NCBI GenBank assembly: GCA_964409935.1
Contig: CAYPFP010000010.1
Coordinates: 376 to 64,375, forward strand
Length of the DNA: 64,000 nucleotides
Source of the DNA: an uncultured Planctomycetota bacterium
Lineage (GTDB): Bacteria; Planctomycetota; Brocadiia; JAADGH01; CAYPFP01
Direction of reading: 5' to 3'
This document shows positions 45,635 to 55,369 of the stretch, piece by piece; the first letter of the stretch is position 1; each line of letters begins with the position of its first letter. The notes beneath the pieces are model-generated. The model was not told where the DNA came from. It saw nothing but the letters and a program-made list of their open reading frames with translations, and did no database searches. The position numbers were made by a program, and so were the translations under genes.

Positions 45635-48210
45635 AGAACATGAGACGCGGAATCCTGGCGTGGCTGGTCGTTCTTGCGTCGTCGGGCGCGGCCTTGGCGG
45701 CGGATGTTCAGATCGTCAGGGACGGCGCGGCGGCGGCCGTCGTGGTGGTGGCCGACGACCCCACGCCCGTGGCCAAGTATGCCGCGCAGGAGTTCGTCTA
45801 TCACGTTGAGAAGGCGACGGGCGCGCGGCTCGCCGTCGTCCTGGAAGGCGACGCCCCCGCGACTCCAAAGACCCGTATCTTCATCGGAAACACCAAAGCA
45901 ACCCGCGCCGCCGGCATTGACGCCGGCAGGCTCCCACCCGAAACGCTCAAACTGCGCTCCAGGGACCACGCCTTCTTCATCGCGGGCGGCGACGCCGATG
46001 GTTCGCCTCTTCATACGGACACGCCTGCCGGCACGTTGTTCGGCGTCTACGAGACGCTTGAGGAGGCCCTGGGGGTGCGCTGGCTGTGGCCGGGCGAACT
46101 CGGCGAGTTCGTGCCGAAGACCAAGGACGTCCTCCTGCGCGAGCAGGACCGCTCCGTCGCCCCCCGTTTCATCCAGCGCCATCTGCGCAGCGGCCTGGGC
46201 GCCAGGGGCGCGAAGGGCTTTTCCGACGAGGCGTTCCGCAAGGCCGTGCACGACCAGGCCGTCTGGCTCCGCCGCCACCGCATGGGCAGGTCCATGAAGC
46301 TCCGCTACGGCCACGCCTTCACCGACTGGGGCGTCCGCTACGGCCAGGAGCATCCGGAGTGGTTCAACCTGCTGGAGAACGGCAAGCGCGATTTCTCCTC
46401 GCACGGCCGCTTCTCCATGTGCGTGTCGAACGCCGGCTTTCACGAACAGATCGTCCGGCTCTGGAAGGAGCAGCGCGCCCAGAACCCCGGCGAGTTCATC
46501 AACATCAACTGCTGCGAGAACGACGTCAACGGCCTGTGCGTCTGCGAGAACTGCCGCGCCTGGGACGGCCCTGATCGCCCGGCCATCACGCCGCGCTACG
46601 CCATGCGCTGCGTCTCCGACCGTTACGCCCGTTTCTGGCTGGCGGTCCAGCAACTGGCCGCGCGGGAGGACCCTCAGGCGCTGGTGATGGCCTACGCCTA
46701 CGTCAACTACGCTCCTCCGCCCGCCACCGACATCCGCCTCAACCAGAACATCCTCGTCGGCGCCGTGCCCGACATCTTCTTTCCGCGTTCGCCCGAGGAG
46801 CGCCAGTGGGTCTTCGACCAGTGGGTTGGTTGGGCCAAGACCGGCTGCCGCCTCTTCCTGCGCCCGAACTACACGCTTCAGGGCTACTGCATGCCCCACC
46901 TTTTCATGCGCCAGTTCGCCGAGGAATTCCAGTTCGACGCCAAACACGCCATGGTCGCCACGGATTTCGATTCGCTCACGGCGATGTGGTCGGCGCAGGG
47001 GCCGAACCTCTATCTTCTCGGCCGCCTGCACGTGCGCCCGGAGGAGGACGTGGAGAAGCTGCTCGCCGAGTACTACTCCGGCTTCGGCCCGGCGGCGGCC
47101 TCGGTGAAGGCGTATTTCGATTACTGGGAGAAATACATGCTGGACAACCGCGTTCAGCATGAGGCGGTCGCCCAGAAACTCGGCGGACAGTGGTCCAACT
47201 ACGCCGTGATGGCCCACGAAATCTATCCCCCCGCGTCTTTCGAGCCGGCGTATGGATTCCTGGACGCCGCGGCGAAGGCGGCCGCGGACGATCCGGCCTG
47301 CGCGGGGCGGGTCGAGTTCCTGCGCAAGGGGCTGTTGCACGCCCAGTTGTGCGCGAAGGTGGCCGCCGTCGTCGCGGGCAGAGAACAAAGGCCCAGCCCT
47401 GCCGTATGCGGGCGCGCCGTGGCGGAGTTGCAGGCCTTCCGCAAGACCATCGAGATGGACAATGTCGCCAACCTGAACTTCTGCGCCTTCGTGGAGCAGC
47501 GCGGCTGGAGAATCCCCCAGGGGTACGGCGGCGAACCTCTCAAGGCCGTCGTCGCCGCCCCGGCGGAGTTGAAGGGAGCGCCCGTCATGCCGGTGCGCCA
47601 TCTCCACACCTTCGTCGCCCTGCTCGGCGAGGGGGAACGTTTCAGGGCCAACGTCGTCTGCCGCCAGATCGGAAAGTACACGACCGCCTGCGACTGGACC
47701 GTCTTCGGCCCTGACGATCAATCCCTGGCCCAGGGCGCCGTCGAGCCGGGTAAGGAAGCGTTGGTCGAGACCGGCCGGGGAAGGCCGGGCGTCTACTGCC
47801 TGGTGGTCAACGCCGGCGCCAACGTCGCGGCGGTCACGATGTTGAACCGCCATGCGGCGCTGACCGGGCACAACCTCCACCTCCTCGGCGAGTCCGCCCC
47901 GCTCTTCTTTCTCGTCCCTGACGGCGCGCAGAAGTTCTCGCTCTCGCTCCAGACCGACTCGCCGGGCGAGACGGCAAGCCTGAAAATCCTCGATCCCGAA
48001 GGCAGACAGGTTGCGGCCGCCGTGACGGGTACTCAGAAAAGCGTCGCCCTGGAAGCGGCCGTTGCTCCCGGTCTGGCCGGCAAGGCGTGGCGCGTCGTCA
48101 TCGAGCCGGGCGGAGGCGGCGTGCTGGAGGATGTCAGAATCGGCCTGGACCCCGCCCTGCCGCCCTATTGGGCGCACGCGGCCGACCGCCTGGTGGCGCC
48201 GGATCCATAA
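45631..48210 (+). CDS. Secreted DUF4838-like glycosidase-associated protein
   Basis: The ATG overlaps the previous stop (ATGA). Signal peptide MKNMRRGILAWLVVLASSGAALAADV. N-terminal pattern IVRDGAAAAVVVV..AAQEFVYHVEKATGARL..IFIGN..GTLFGVYETLE..GVRWLWPG. Confidence 0.8.
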   Translation: MKNMRRGILAWLVVLASSGAALAADVQIVRDGAAAAVVVVADDPTPVAKYAAQEFVYHVEKATGARLAVVLEGDAPATPKTRIFIGNTKATRAAGIDAGRLPPETLKLRSRDHAFFIAGGDADGSPLHTDTPAGTLFGVYETLEEALGVRWLWPGELGEFVPKTKDVLLREQDRSVAPRFIQRHLRSGLGARGAKGFSDEAFRKAVHDQAVWLRRHRMGRSMKLRYGHAFTDWGVRYGQEHPEWFNLLENGKRDFSSHGRFSMCVSNAGFHEQIVRLWKEQRAQNPGEFININCCENDVNGLCVCENCRAWDGPDRPAITPRYAMRCVSDRYARFWLAVQQLAAREDPQALVMAYAYVNYAPPPATDIRLNQNILVGAVPDIFFPRSPEERQWVFDQWVGWAKTGCRLFLRPNYTLQGYCMPHLFMRQFAEEFQFDAKHAMVATDFDSLTAMWSAQGPNLYLLGRLHVRPEEDVEKLLAEYYSGFGPAAASVKAYFDYWEKYMLDNRVQHEAVAQKLGGQWSNYAVMAHEIYPPASFEPAYGFLDAAAKAAADDPACAGRVEFLRKGLLHAQLCAKVAAVVAGREQRPSPAVCGRAVAELQAFRKTIEMDNVANLNFCAFVEQRGWRIPQGYGGEPLKAVVAAPAELKGAPVMPVRHLHTFVALLGEGERFRANVVCRQIGKYTTACDWTVFGPDDQSLAQGAVEPGKEALVETGRGRPGVYCLVVNAGANVAAVTMLNRHAALTGHNLHLLGESAPLFFLVPDGAQKFSLSLQTDSPGETASLKILDPEGRQVAAAVTGTQKSVALEAAVAPGLAGKAWRVVIEPGGGGVLEDVRIGLDPALPPYWAHAADRLVAPDP

Positions 48211-48225
48211 ACCTAAGGAGGCATC

Positions 48226-48435
48226 ATGGCCATTCCCGAACGCTGCAAGAACATGAAGGTGGCCAATTCGCCGCTTCTTTCCTGGTGGTGCAAAATAGCG
48301 TGCGGCGGTCTGACCCAGGGGCGCATGTGCCGTCCCTGGTGCAACGTGGCGCAGAAGTACGGCCTGTGGACGCTCGCCGTCACGCTGCCCGCGCCGCTGC
48401 TCGTTATCTATCTGGTCTACAAACTGTTAGTCTGA
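48226..48435 (+). CDS. Small Cys-rich protein with a C-terminal transmembrane helix (69 aa)
   Basis: AAGGAGG lies 5-6 nt upstream of the ATG. It sits 15 nt after the previous stop and 21 nt before the next start. It has five Cys in the first 40 residues (..CKIACGG..MCRPWCNV..), followed by LWTLAVTLPAPLLVIYLVYKLLV. Confidence 0.55.
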   Translation: MAIPERCKNMKVANSPLLSWWCKIACGGLTQGRMCRPWCNVAQKYGLWTLAVTLPAPLLVIYLVYKLLV

Positions 48436-48456
48436 TTTTCCGCGAGAGTTGACTTC

Positions 48457-50244
48457 ATGCAGGTTCGCTTCCGGCTCATTGTTCTGGCGGCGGTTCCGCT
48501 TCTGCCGCTCATGTGGTGCCTGTGGGTCTTGACGGGCTGTCTTCCCCGCCAGGCCCCCCCGCCCAGCGAGATTATCAACAAGAACGATCGCGCCCAGATG
48601 GCGCTCGTCCCCGCCGGCGAGTTCCGACGCGGCTCGGACACCGGCCCCGACCCTGAACGCCCCCAGCGCGCCATCGCCCTGCGCGCCTTCTACATTGACA
48701 AGTACGAGGTGACGAACGACCAGTACCGCAAGTTCGCCGCCGCCACCGGACGCCCCGAGCCGCAGGGCTTCGGGTTCGACGGCAACCGGCGCGTGACCGA
48801 TTTCAGGCCCTGGCGCGACAGCCGTTTCAACAAGCCCGATCAGCCTGTCGTGTGCGTGAGCTGGGAGGACGCCGCCGCCTATGCCGCTTGGGCCGGCAAG
48901 CGCCTCCCTACGGAGGCGGAGTGGGAGAAGGCGGCGCGCGGGCCGCTCGCGCTCGGCTTCCCCTGGGGCAACGACGGGCCTCTGCGCGGCGGCGCTTACC
49001 TCGCCAACTACGATCCTTCTTCCACCGTCGAGGGCGCGTCCGCCGACGCCGACGGCTACGAGCTCACGGCCCCCGTCGGGCGGTTCAGGGACGGCCGGAG
49101 TCCCTATGAGGCGTTCGACATGGCGGGCAACGTCGCCGAGTGGTGCGCCGACTGGTACGACCCTAACTTCTACTTCCGCAGCCCGCTCTCGGATCCGCAG
49201 GGGCCTGCCGAGGGGAAGTTCCGTGTCATCCGAGGCGGCTCCTGGGGCAGTGTCGAAGGCGACATTCGCTGCGCCGCCCGCAGCGGCGGCGCTCCGGACT
49301 TCCGCCACTGGTACATCGGTTTCCGCTGCGTCAAAGACGCCGAGCCGCCGCAACCCAGGTCGAGTGTCTGGAGGCGAGTGAGCGTTTCGCGGGCGCCGGA
49401 ACCCGCTCCCGAACCTCCCCCTGCCGAGAAAGCGCCCCCCGCCCCGGAGCCTCCGGCACGTCCGTTTTCCCTTCCCGCCGGCGGCGACCTGCCCATCGAG
49501 AAAGCCTCGCCCAGGGACGGCGCCACGCTCGTCCTCATCCCCGCCGGCGAGTTCCCGATGGGGCATGAGGAAGGCGACAACGACGAGAAGCCCGTGCGCC
49601 GGATATTCCTGCCGTCCTTCTACCTGGACAAGTATCCCGTCACCAACGCCCAGTACAGGAAGTTCGTCCAGGAGACAGGCAGGCCCGAGCCTGTGGGGTA
49701 CGGGTACAGGGACGGACACTTTGTCGAGGATTTCAGGCCGTGGCAGGATTCGCGCTTTGATCATCCGCGCATGCCGGTCGTCTGCGTAAGCTGGCAGGAC
49801 GCGATGGACTATGCGCTCTGGGCCGGACGCCGCCTCCCCACCGAGGCGGAATGGGAGAAGGCCGCCAAGGGTCTCTTCGCCTCGACGTATCCCTGGGGCA
49901 ACACCGCGCCTTCATCGGTCAAGGCGCGCTACGGTCTCGACCAGGAAACGGGCTTCCCGGCCATCGTGGGCGGACACCCCGCCGGGGCGTCCTCTTATGG
50001 CTGCATGGACATGGCGGGCAACGTCTGGGAGTGGTGTCTGGACTGGTACGCGGAGACCACGTACCAATACGGCCCCCTCATCTCTCCCCTTGGCCCCAGG
50101 GAGGGCGAGGCCAGGGCGCTGCGCGGCGGCTCCTGGGCCAACGGCCCCGCGCTGTTGCGCTGCTCGGCCCGCTTCTGCCAGCCGCCCCCCCGCAAGACCT
50201 TCTACATCGGTTTCCGCTGCGCCGCCGACGTAGGGGCGGAATAG
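48457..50244 (+). CDS. Lipoprotein with two tandem FGE-fold (SUMF1/EgtB/PvdO family) domains
   Basis: Lipobox LTGC. Each half has PAGEF..G.., YIDKYEVTN.QYRKF, VCVSWEDA..YA.WAGKRLPTEAEWEKAA, GNV.EWC.DWY, RGGSW and IGFRC. Confidence 0.88.
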   Translation: MQVRFRLIVLAAVPLLPLMWCLWVLTGCLPRQAPPPSEIINKNDRAQMALVPAGEFRRGSDTGPDPERPQRAIALRAFYIDKYEVTNDQYRKFAAATGRPEPQGFGFDGNRRVTDFRPWRDSRFNKPDQPVVCVSWEDAAAYAAWAGKRLPTEAEWEKAARGPLALGFPWGNDGPLRGGAYLANYDPSSTVEGASADADGYELTAPVGRFRDGRSPYEAFDMAGNVAEWCADWYDPNFYFRSPLSDPQGPAEGKFRVIRGGSWGSVEGDIRCAARSGGAPDFRHWYIGFRCVKDAEPPQPRSSVWRRVSVSRAPEPAPEPPPAEKAPPAPEPPARPFSLPAGGDLPIEKASPRDGATLVLIPAGEFPMGHEEGDNDEKPVRRIFLPSFYLDKYPVTNAQYRKFVQETGRPEPVGYGYRDGHFVEDFRPWQDSRFDHPRMPVVCVSWQDAMDYALWAGRRLPTEAEWEKAAKGLFASTYPWGNTAPSSVKARYGLDQETGFPAIVGGHPAGASSYGCMDMAGNVWEWCLDWYAETTYQYGPLISPLGPREGEARALRGGSWANGPALLRCSARFCQPPPRKTFYIGFRCAADVGAE

Positions 50245-50302
50245 CCGCAAACAGCCCCTGCCGTCGCATGCCCGCCGACCCCGCAGAAAGATTTCCCGCG
50301 GG

Positions 50303-52120
50303 TCACGCCTCCGGCCTGACCTTGATGACCATGACCGTCCGGTCGTCGAACTGGGGGACGGCCTCGCTGAATTCCTCGACCTCCAGGTGGAGGGTCTCGA
50401 CGACCTGCGCGGCGCCGTAGTCGCTCAGGCGGCGGACGATCTTGCGCAGGCGTTCTTCTCCGAAAATCTCGCCGGCCTTGTTGCGCGCTTCGGTTACGCC
50501 GTCGGTGTACAACAGGATCATGTCGCCGTCTTCCAGGCGGAAGCCGTCGTGCTCATATTGGGCGAGTTCGTGTACGCCGAGCACCATGCCTCCCTTTTCC
50601 AGCAGGCACATCTGGCCCTGCCGCAGCAGGATCGGGCTGTTGTGGCCCGCGTTGGTGTACGTGAAGGCGAGGCGCTTCGCGTCGAGCACGCCGAAAAAGA
50701 GCGTCACGAACTCGTTCGACCCCGTGTCGCGGCACATGGAGTGGTTCAGCCGCCGGACGAGCCGCTGCGTCTCCAGGCCGTGGCCGGACCCGGCGAACTC
50801 GCCGTTCTCGATGAGCGCGCGCAGGGCCGACCGGGCGGTGGCCATCAGGATCGCGCCGGGCACGCCCTTGCCCGACACGTCGGCGATGGCGATCGCCACT
50901 TGCGTGTCGTTCAGCGGAATGAAGTCGTAGAAATCCCCGCCCACGCGCTTGGACTGCACGCTGCGCGCGTCTATCTCGACGGTCTCTAGCCGGGGCGGCG
51001 CCGCCGGCAGCAGCCGGTTCTGGATGCTCGCGGCGATGGTCAGCTCGTTTTCGAGGTACTGCTTCTCGACGCTCTCCTGATGCAGCCGCGCGTTCTCGAT
51101 GGCGACGGCGGCCACGTCGGCCAGGGCGCGGAAAAGGGCCACCTCGTTCGCGTCGAAGTCGTGCGGTTCGGCCGTGTAGATGTGAAGGACGCCGATGGGC
51201 CGGTCCTTGTACCGCAGCGCCACGGCCATGCTGGAGCTCAGGCCCTCGCGTTCGCTCTCCTTCGGGTAGAGGATGCGCGGGTCCTGCCGCATGTCGCGCA
51301 CGAAGACGATCTCGCCCTGCAGCGCCTCGCGGTCTATCGCGCTGCGCTCCACGAGCACCGGTCCCTTGTTCACGTACTCCGCCGAAAGGTTGTGCCTGGC
51401 CGTGATGAGCAGCTCGGCCCCGGTGGCGTCGAGCAGCCGCAGCGAGCAGGCCTTGACGCTCAGGACCTCCGTGACCTTCCGCACGATCAGGTCCAACACC
51501 TCCTGCAAGTCCAGCGTCGAGGCCACCAGCAGGCGCGTCACGTCTTGGAGCAGCGTCATCTCGCGGACTCGCTCCCGCAGTTCGTAGCCCTGGTAACACA
51601 GGCTGACGACCATGTTGGCGAGGACGTGCAGGAACTTCACGTAGATGCCCATCTGCTCGTCCGACCAGGCCGGTATGCGCGCCGACGTCGTTCTGAGGCT
51701 TTCGGGCGCGACGCCGATCTGTCGGGCCAGTCGTTCCACCGACTCGGCGCTGAGCGCCCCCTGGGGCCGGTCCCCCAGCACGATGGAGCCGAGGTACTGG
51801 CCGTGAACCTCGATGGGAGCGGCGTACTGCAAGAGTCCCGCATGGCACGTGTACTTGACCGGCCCCTTGATCTCTTCGGCCTTTCGCACCGCTCGCACGT
51901 TGGACGTCTGGCAAAGCTCTCGTCCGACCGGCGTCGCCCGCACCACGGCGCAGAATTCGTTTGCGGCCGCCGGCCGGGTGACCAGTTTGCCTTCGTTGTC
52001 GCGGATGCTGGCCGACACGCCCGTCGTCAGGACGAACCAGTCCTGGATGTGCTGCAAAATCGAGACGTCCACCAGTTCCTGCAATCTGATCTTTTGCTTT
52101 CGCAGCGTGTCTTCATTCAT
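50303..52120 (-). CDS. PocR-GAF-PP2C (SpoIIE/RsbU-type) sensor phosphatase
   Basis: PocR-like N-terminus (..FCAVVRATPVGRELC..YTCHAGLLQYAAPI..), a GAF region, then PP2C motifs GGDFYDF, IADVSGKGVPGA, LLYTDGVTEA. ATG 52120 (AAGGA upstream) overlaps the upstream stop in ATGAATGA. Confidence 0.85.
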   Translation of the reverse strand: MNEDTLRKQKIRLQELVDVSILQHIQDWFVLTTGVSASIRDNEGKLVTRPAAANEFCAVVRATPVGRELCQTSNVRAVRKAEEIKGPVKYTCHAGLLQYAAPIEVHGQYLGSIVLGDRPQGALSAESVERLARQIGVAPESLRTTSARIPAWSDEQMGIYVKFLHVLANMVVSLCYQGYELRERVREMTLLQDVTRLLVASTLDLQEVLDLIVRKVTEVLSVKACSLRLLDATGAELLITARHNLSAEYVNKGPVLVERSAIDREALQGEIVFVRDMRQDPRILYPKESEREGLSSSMAVALRYKDRPIGVLHIYTAEPHDFDANEVALFRALADVAAVAIENARLHQESVEKQYLENELTIAASIQNRLLPAAPPRLETVEIDARSVQSKRVGGDFYDFIPLNDTQVAIAIADVSGKGVPGAILMATARSALRALIENGEFAGSGHGLETQRLVRRLNHSMCRDTGSNEFVTLFFGVLDAKRLAFTYTNAGHNSPILLRQGQMCLLEKGGMVLGVHELAQYEHDGFRLEDGDMILLYTDGVTEARNKAGEIFGEERLRKIVRRLSDYGAAQVVETLHLEVEEFSEAVPQFDDRTVMVIKVRPEA

Positions 52121-53336
52121 CGGGCGCATCCTTGGGGGCATGGGGGGACGCAGGGCCTTGTCGGGAAGGCGTAAGTCTGGCCCGCGTCTCCAGCCACCGG
52201 CCTATGACGGGATAGACCTCCCGCGCGGCGTGCACGCCGAGGATCAGGTCGTCGTGGCCGTAGTCCACCGCGTCCTTCCACGCCAGGCCGAACATGCGGA
52301 AGGTCTTGTCGCGGGAGGAGACGCGGTCGTACGCGTATCGCACCGACTCGGAGTCGGCGGCGGCGTCCACCTTCCCCGCGATGAAAAGCACGGGCAGTTG
52401 CAGGCGCGAGAGGTTGGCCGAATAGTCGAACTGGCCGTCGGCGGAGAGAAAATGTCCTGTCTGGGTCATCTTCAGGAACTGGTCCAGCACCGGCGCGGGC
52501 ACGTCCTCGGCCACGCGCAGATACAGAAGCGCCGTCGTCACGGCGTCGAGATTCGCCTTGTTGTAGAAGAAATCGTCCACGGGGGTGTTGAGCGCGCCCA
52601 GCGACAGCGTGCGGATCGTGGCGTACCAGCGGTTGTTTATCGCCAGGATGGCGAACTGGAAATCCTCGGCCTGTTTCTCGAACTGCGTGAGCGGGCGCGG
52701 CATGATCATGGGCGAGGCCACGGCCACGAAACAGCCCAACCGCGGTTCCTGCGCCCGTTCCAGGTGGGCCATGGCGATCATGCCCCCCATGCTGTGGCCG
52801 ATCCAGGCGGCCGCCGGCGCTCCGGTCTCCTTGCAAACAAAATCCACCGCCGTCGGCACGTCGTGCAGGATGTAGTCGTCCACCGTCCATCCGAATTTTG
52901 TTAAATCCACCTGGAGGTTCTTGACCAGGTCGAGGTCCAGGCCGCGGAAGAGGTACCAGATGGGCAGCGAGCTTGAACCGCCCCCCCGCAGGTCCAGTAC
53001 CCACGTGTCCCATCCGGCGTTCCTGAGGAACTCGGCGAAGTTGGTCTTCTTGTCCAGGTCCCAGAACCGCCCGTTGTAGCCGAGTCCGTGGCAGAGCACG
53101 ACGGGCATGCGCGTGGGGTCGAGCTTCTCCGGCGCGTAGCGGTGCAGCCCCAGCCGCCAGTGGTCGGCGGTCTCCGCGAGATAGGTCTTGACGTAGGCCG
53201 GCCGCGGCCCGATGAGGCGCGCCACGTCGTCGAGCGGGTTGCCCCCCTTCTTGCCCGGAAGGCAGCCCGGAACGACCGTCAGGAGGCTGAACAAGAGTAC
53301 GCCGCCCCGCCGTCTATATAGCCCTTTTCTATCCAT
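52113..53336 (-). CDS. Alpha/beta-hydrolase lipoprotein (lipase-like)
   Basis: Lipoprotein signal MDRKGLYRRRGGVLLFSLLTVVPGC. Nucleophile elbow GHSMGG. The start overlaps the upstream gene by 58 nt. Confidence 0.82.
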   Translation of the reverse strand: MDRKGLYRRRGGVLLFSLLTVVPGCLPGKKGGNPLDDVARLIGPRPAYVKTYLAETADHWRLGLHRYAPEKLDPTRMPVVLCHGLGYNGRFWDLDKKTNFAEFLRNAGWDTWVLDLRGGGSSSLPIWYLFRGLDLDLVKNLQVDLTKFGWTVDDYILHDVPTAVDFVCKETGAPAAAWIGHSMGGMIAMAHLERAQEPRLGCFVAVASPMIMPRPLTQFEKQAEDFQFAILAINNRWYATIRTLSLGALNTPVDDFFYNKANLDAVTTALLYLRVAEDVPAPVLDQFLKMTQTGHFLSADGQFDYSANLSRLQLPVLFIAGKVDAAADSESVRYAYDRVSSRDKTFRMFGLAWKDAVDYGHDDLILGVHAAREVYPVIGRWLETRARLTPSRQGPASPHAPKDAPDE

Positions 53337-54154
53337 TCCGCCAGCGTCGCGACAAGGAAAGCGATGTCTTTCTCAAACTCCAGCGTGTGCCCTGCGCCGG
53401 CAAACGCCCGCCCTTTCTTGACGGGCGCCCCGAACTTTGCGAACAACTCCCCCACCTCTCTATTATCAATGATCGGGTCGTTCTCTGCAAGCAGCAGGAG
53501 GGCCGGCGTCTGCACGCGGCGGGTGTGGCGGCGCAGAAAGCGGTCCATGCGCACGCTCTCCAGGAAGAATCGGGCCGTGCATTCGCGAAGGGTCAAGGGG
53601 TCCGTCCGGATGAACTCGATTCGTTCGGGGGTGTTCGTGAACATCTCGGGCCGGTCAATCGGGATGCGAAACCGCGCCCGCGGATTGAACAGGGCCGCCA
53701 GTCCGATGCGTACCAGCTCGCCGGGCCTGTGAACCACGCGCGGCACGAGTCCGGGCGCAATCAGCATCAGGCTGTCCACGCTGCTCGGCCTCAGGGCCGC
53801 GAAACACGCCGCCAGTTTCCCTCCCCAGGAGATGCCGACAAGGTGGCGGGGCAGGGCGTTGAGCGGTGTCGGCAGGACCGCCGCCCCGAAGAAGTCGGCT
53901 ATGTCGTTGATGAGCGTCGGCCAGCGGTCCACGTGGCCGCGTTCGCGCTCGTTCAGGCCCGAACCCCGGCGATCCAGGGAGAAGACGGCGTGGCCGCGTT
54001 CGGCCAGCGCGCCGGCCGAATCCGTAAACCATCCCAGATGGCTCTGGATGCCATGCAGGTACACGACCACCGACCGGGGCGAGGGCGGAACCCATCCGCG
54101 ATACCAGAGCCTGCTTCCGTCTCGTGCAGTGTATTGTTTCGGGGCGTCCGTCAT
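53279..54154 (-). CDS. Alpha/beta-hydrolase (lysophospholipase/monoacylglycerol-lipase-like)
   Basis: VVYLHGIQSH.., nucleophile elbow GISWGG, C-terminal ..AGHTLEFE. Confidence 0.85.
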   Translation of the reverse strand: MTDAPKQYTARDGSRLWYRGWVPPSPRSVVVYLHGIQSHLGWFTDSAGALAERGHAVFSLDRRGSGLNERERGHVDRWPTLINDIADFFGAAVLPTPLNALPRHLVGISWGGKLAACFAALRPSSVDSLMLIAPGLVPRVVHRPGELVRIGLAALFNPRARFRIPIDRPEMFTNTPERIEFIRTDPLTLRECTARFFLESVRMDRFLRRHTRRVQTPALLLLAENDPIIDNREVGELFAKFGAPVKKGRAFAGAGHTLEFEKDIAFLVATLAEWIEKGYIDGGAAYSCSAS

Positions 54155-54167
54155 GATGTCCGGTCCT

Positions 54168-55319
54168 TCAGGCCGTTATGAGTGTCTTGGACAGAGTCGT
54201 GCTGTTGAGGGCCGTCTCGCTGACGGCGATGCCCAGACCGGGACCGGACAAGGGCTTGGCCCGGCCGCCGTAGCCGAAACTCACGTCGCGCGCCGTCAGG
54301 TTATGGGCGAGCAGGAAACGGTCGTAGGAGCCTTCCAGATACCTGGCGTCGGGCAGCAACGCGGCAAGGTGCCGGCCGGCGGCGGACAGGATGCCCGTCT
54401 CTCCGACCTGGCAGCCGATCTGGAAACCGAGCTTCTTGTCCCGCGCTATACCGGCGATCTTCAGGCTTGGCGTCATGCCCCCGCACTTGGAGATGCGGAT
54501 GTTGAACAGGTCGCCCCAGCCTTCCTCGGCGGCCCGACGGGCGTCCTCCACCGTGCAGAGCGACTCGTCGAGCATCAACGGCGCCTTCACGCGGCTCCGC
54601 AGGGCGGGCATCTGCGCCGTCTCCCCCTTTGGCAGGGGCTGCTCGACGGCGCTGATGTTGAACTCTTCCAAGGCTCGGATGATCTCAGTCGCCTCTTCGG
54701 GCGCCCAGGCGCCGTTGGCGTCCAGGCGGAGGTCTTTGCGCGGCCCCAGCGCCAGCCGCAACCGCTGGACCATCGCCAGGTCCGCCTCCCAGCCGAAGCC
54801 CACCTTCGCTTTCACGTGGGGAAAGCCGAACAGGCGCATCTTCACCGCCGACCACGTCGCCGCGCCCACCGTTTCCGCCGAGATCACGCCGCTGTAGCGA
54901 GGCAGCGTCTCCGGCGGCGAGGCCAACCCGAGAAGTTCCGCAACGGACTTGCGGAAGTGCTTCCCGCCGGCGTCCAGCAGCGCCAGTTCGAGCGCGCAGC
55001 GCGCGGCGTTTCCGGCCACGCGAAGGCGCCCCTCCTCCGTCCCCTCCGGCGGCTGCAGATAGTCCATCAACGAGGCGGGCGAGATGAACGTGTGATGAAA
55101 GACCGAGGGCGCGCCCTGCTTGAGGGCGTCCATCGCCGACGCCAGCGTCTCGCCCGTTACGTAATCGCGCGGGACCGCCTCCCCGAACCCCCGCTCGCCG
55201 GAGATCAGGTCAACGGCCGCCACCACGTTCTCCGAATACGACCTCTCCGCCTTGGCATGACGGAAGGTCATCCGGAAGGGGATGCGCACATGATAAAGAT
55301 GAATGGCGCGGACTTTCAT
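54168..55319 (-). CDS. Enolase-superfamily enzyme (mandelate racemase/muconate-lactonizing/dipeptide-epimerase type)
   Basis: HVKAKVG, RLDANGAW, VEQPLP, LMLDES, NIRISKCGG are the canonical metal-ligand and acid/base positions. Confidence 0.88.
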   Translation of the reverse strand: MKVRAIHLYHVRIPFRMTFRHAKAERSYSENVVAAVDLISGERGFGEAVPRDYVTGETLASAMDALKQGAPSVFHHTFISPASLMDYLQPPEGTEEGRLRVAGNAARCALELALLDAGGKHFRKSVAELLGLASPPETLPRYSGVISAETVGAATWSAVKMRLFGFPHVKAKVGFGWEADLAMVQRLRLALGPRKDLRLDANGAWAPEEATEIIRALEEFNISAVEQPLPKGETAQMPALRSRVKAPLMLDESLCTVEDARRAAEEGWGDLFNIRISKCGGMTPSLKIAGIARDKKLGFQIGCQVGETGILSAAGRHLAALLPDARYLEGSYDRFLLAHNLTARDVSFGYGGRAKPLSGPGLGIAVSETALNSTTLSKTLITA

Positions 55320-55369
55320 CGGTCGGCGGACACATCCTCACTTTGGCCCGAGCCGCTCTGCCGCTGGAT

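Noticed and set aside
45526-48177. 883-aa minus-strand ORF
   Set aside because: Antisense shadow of the DUF4838-like gene.
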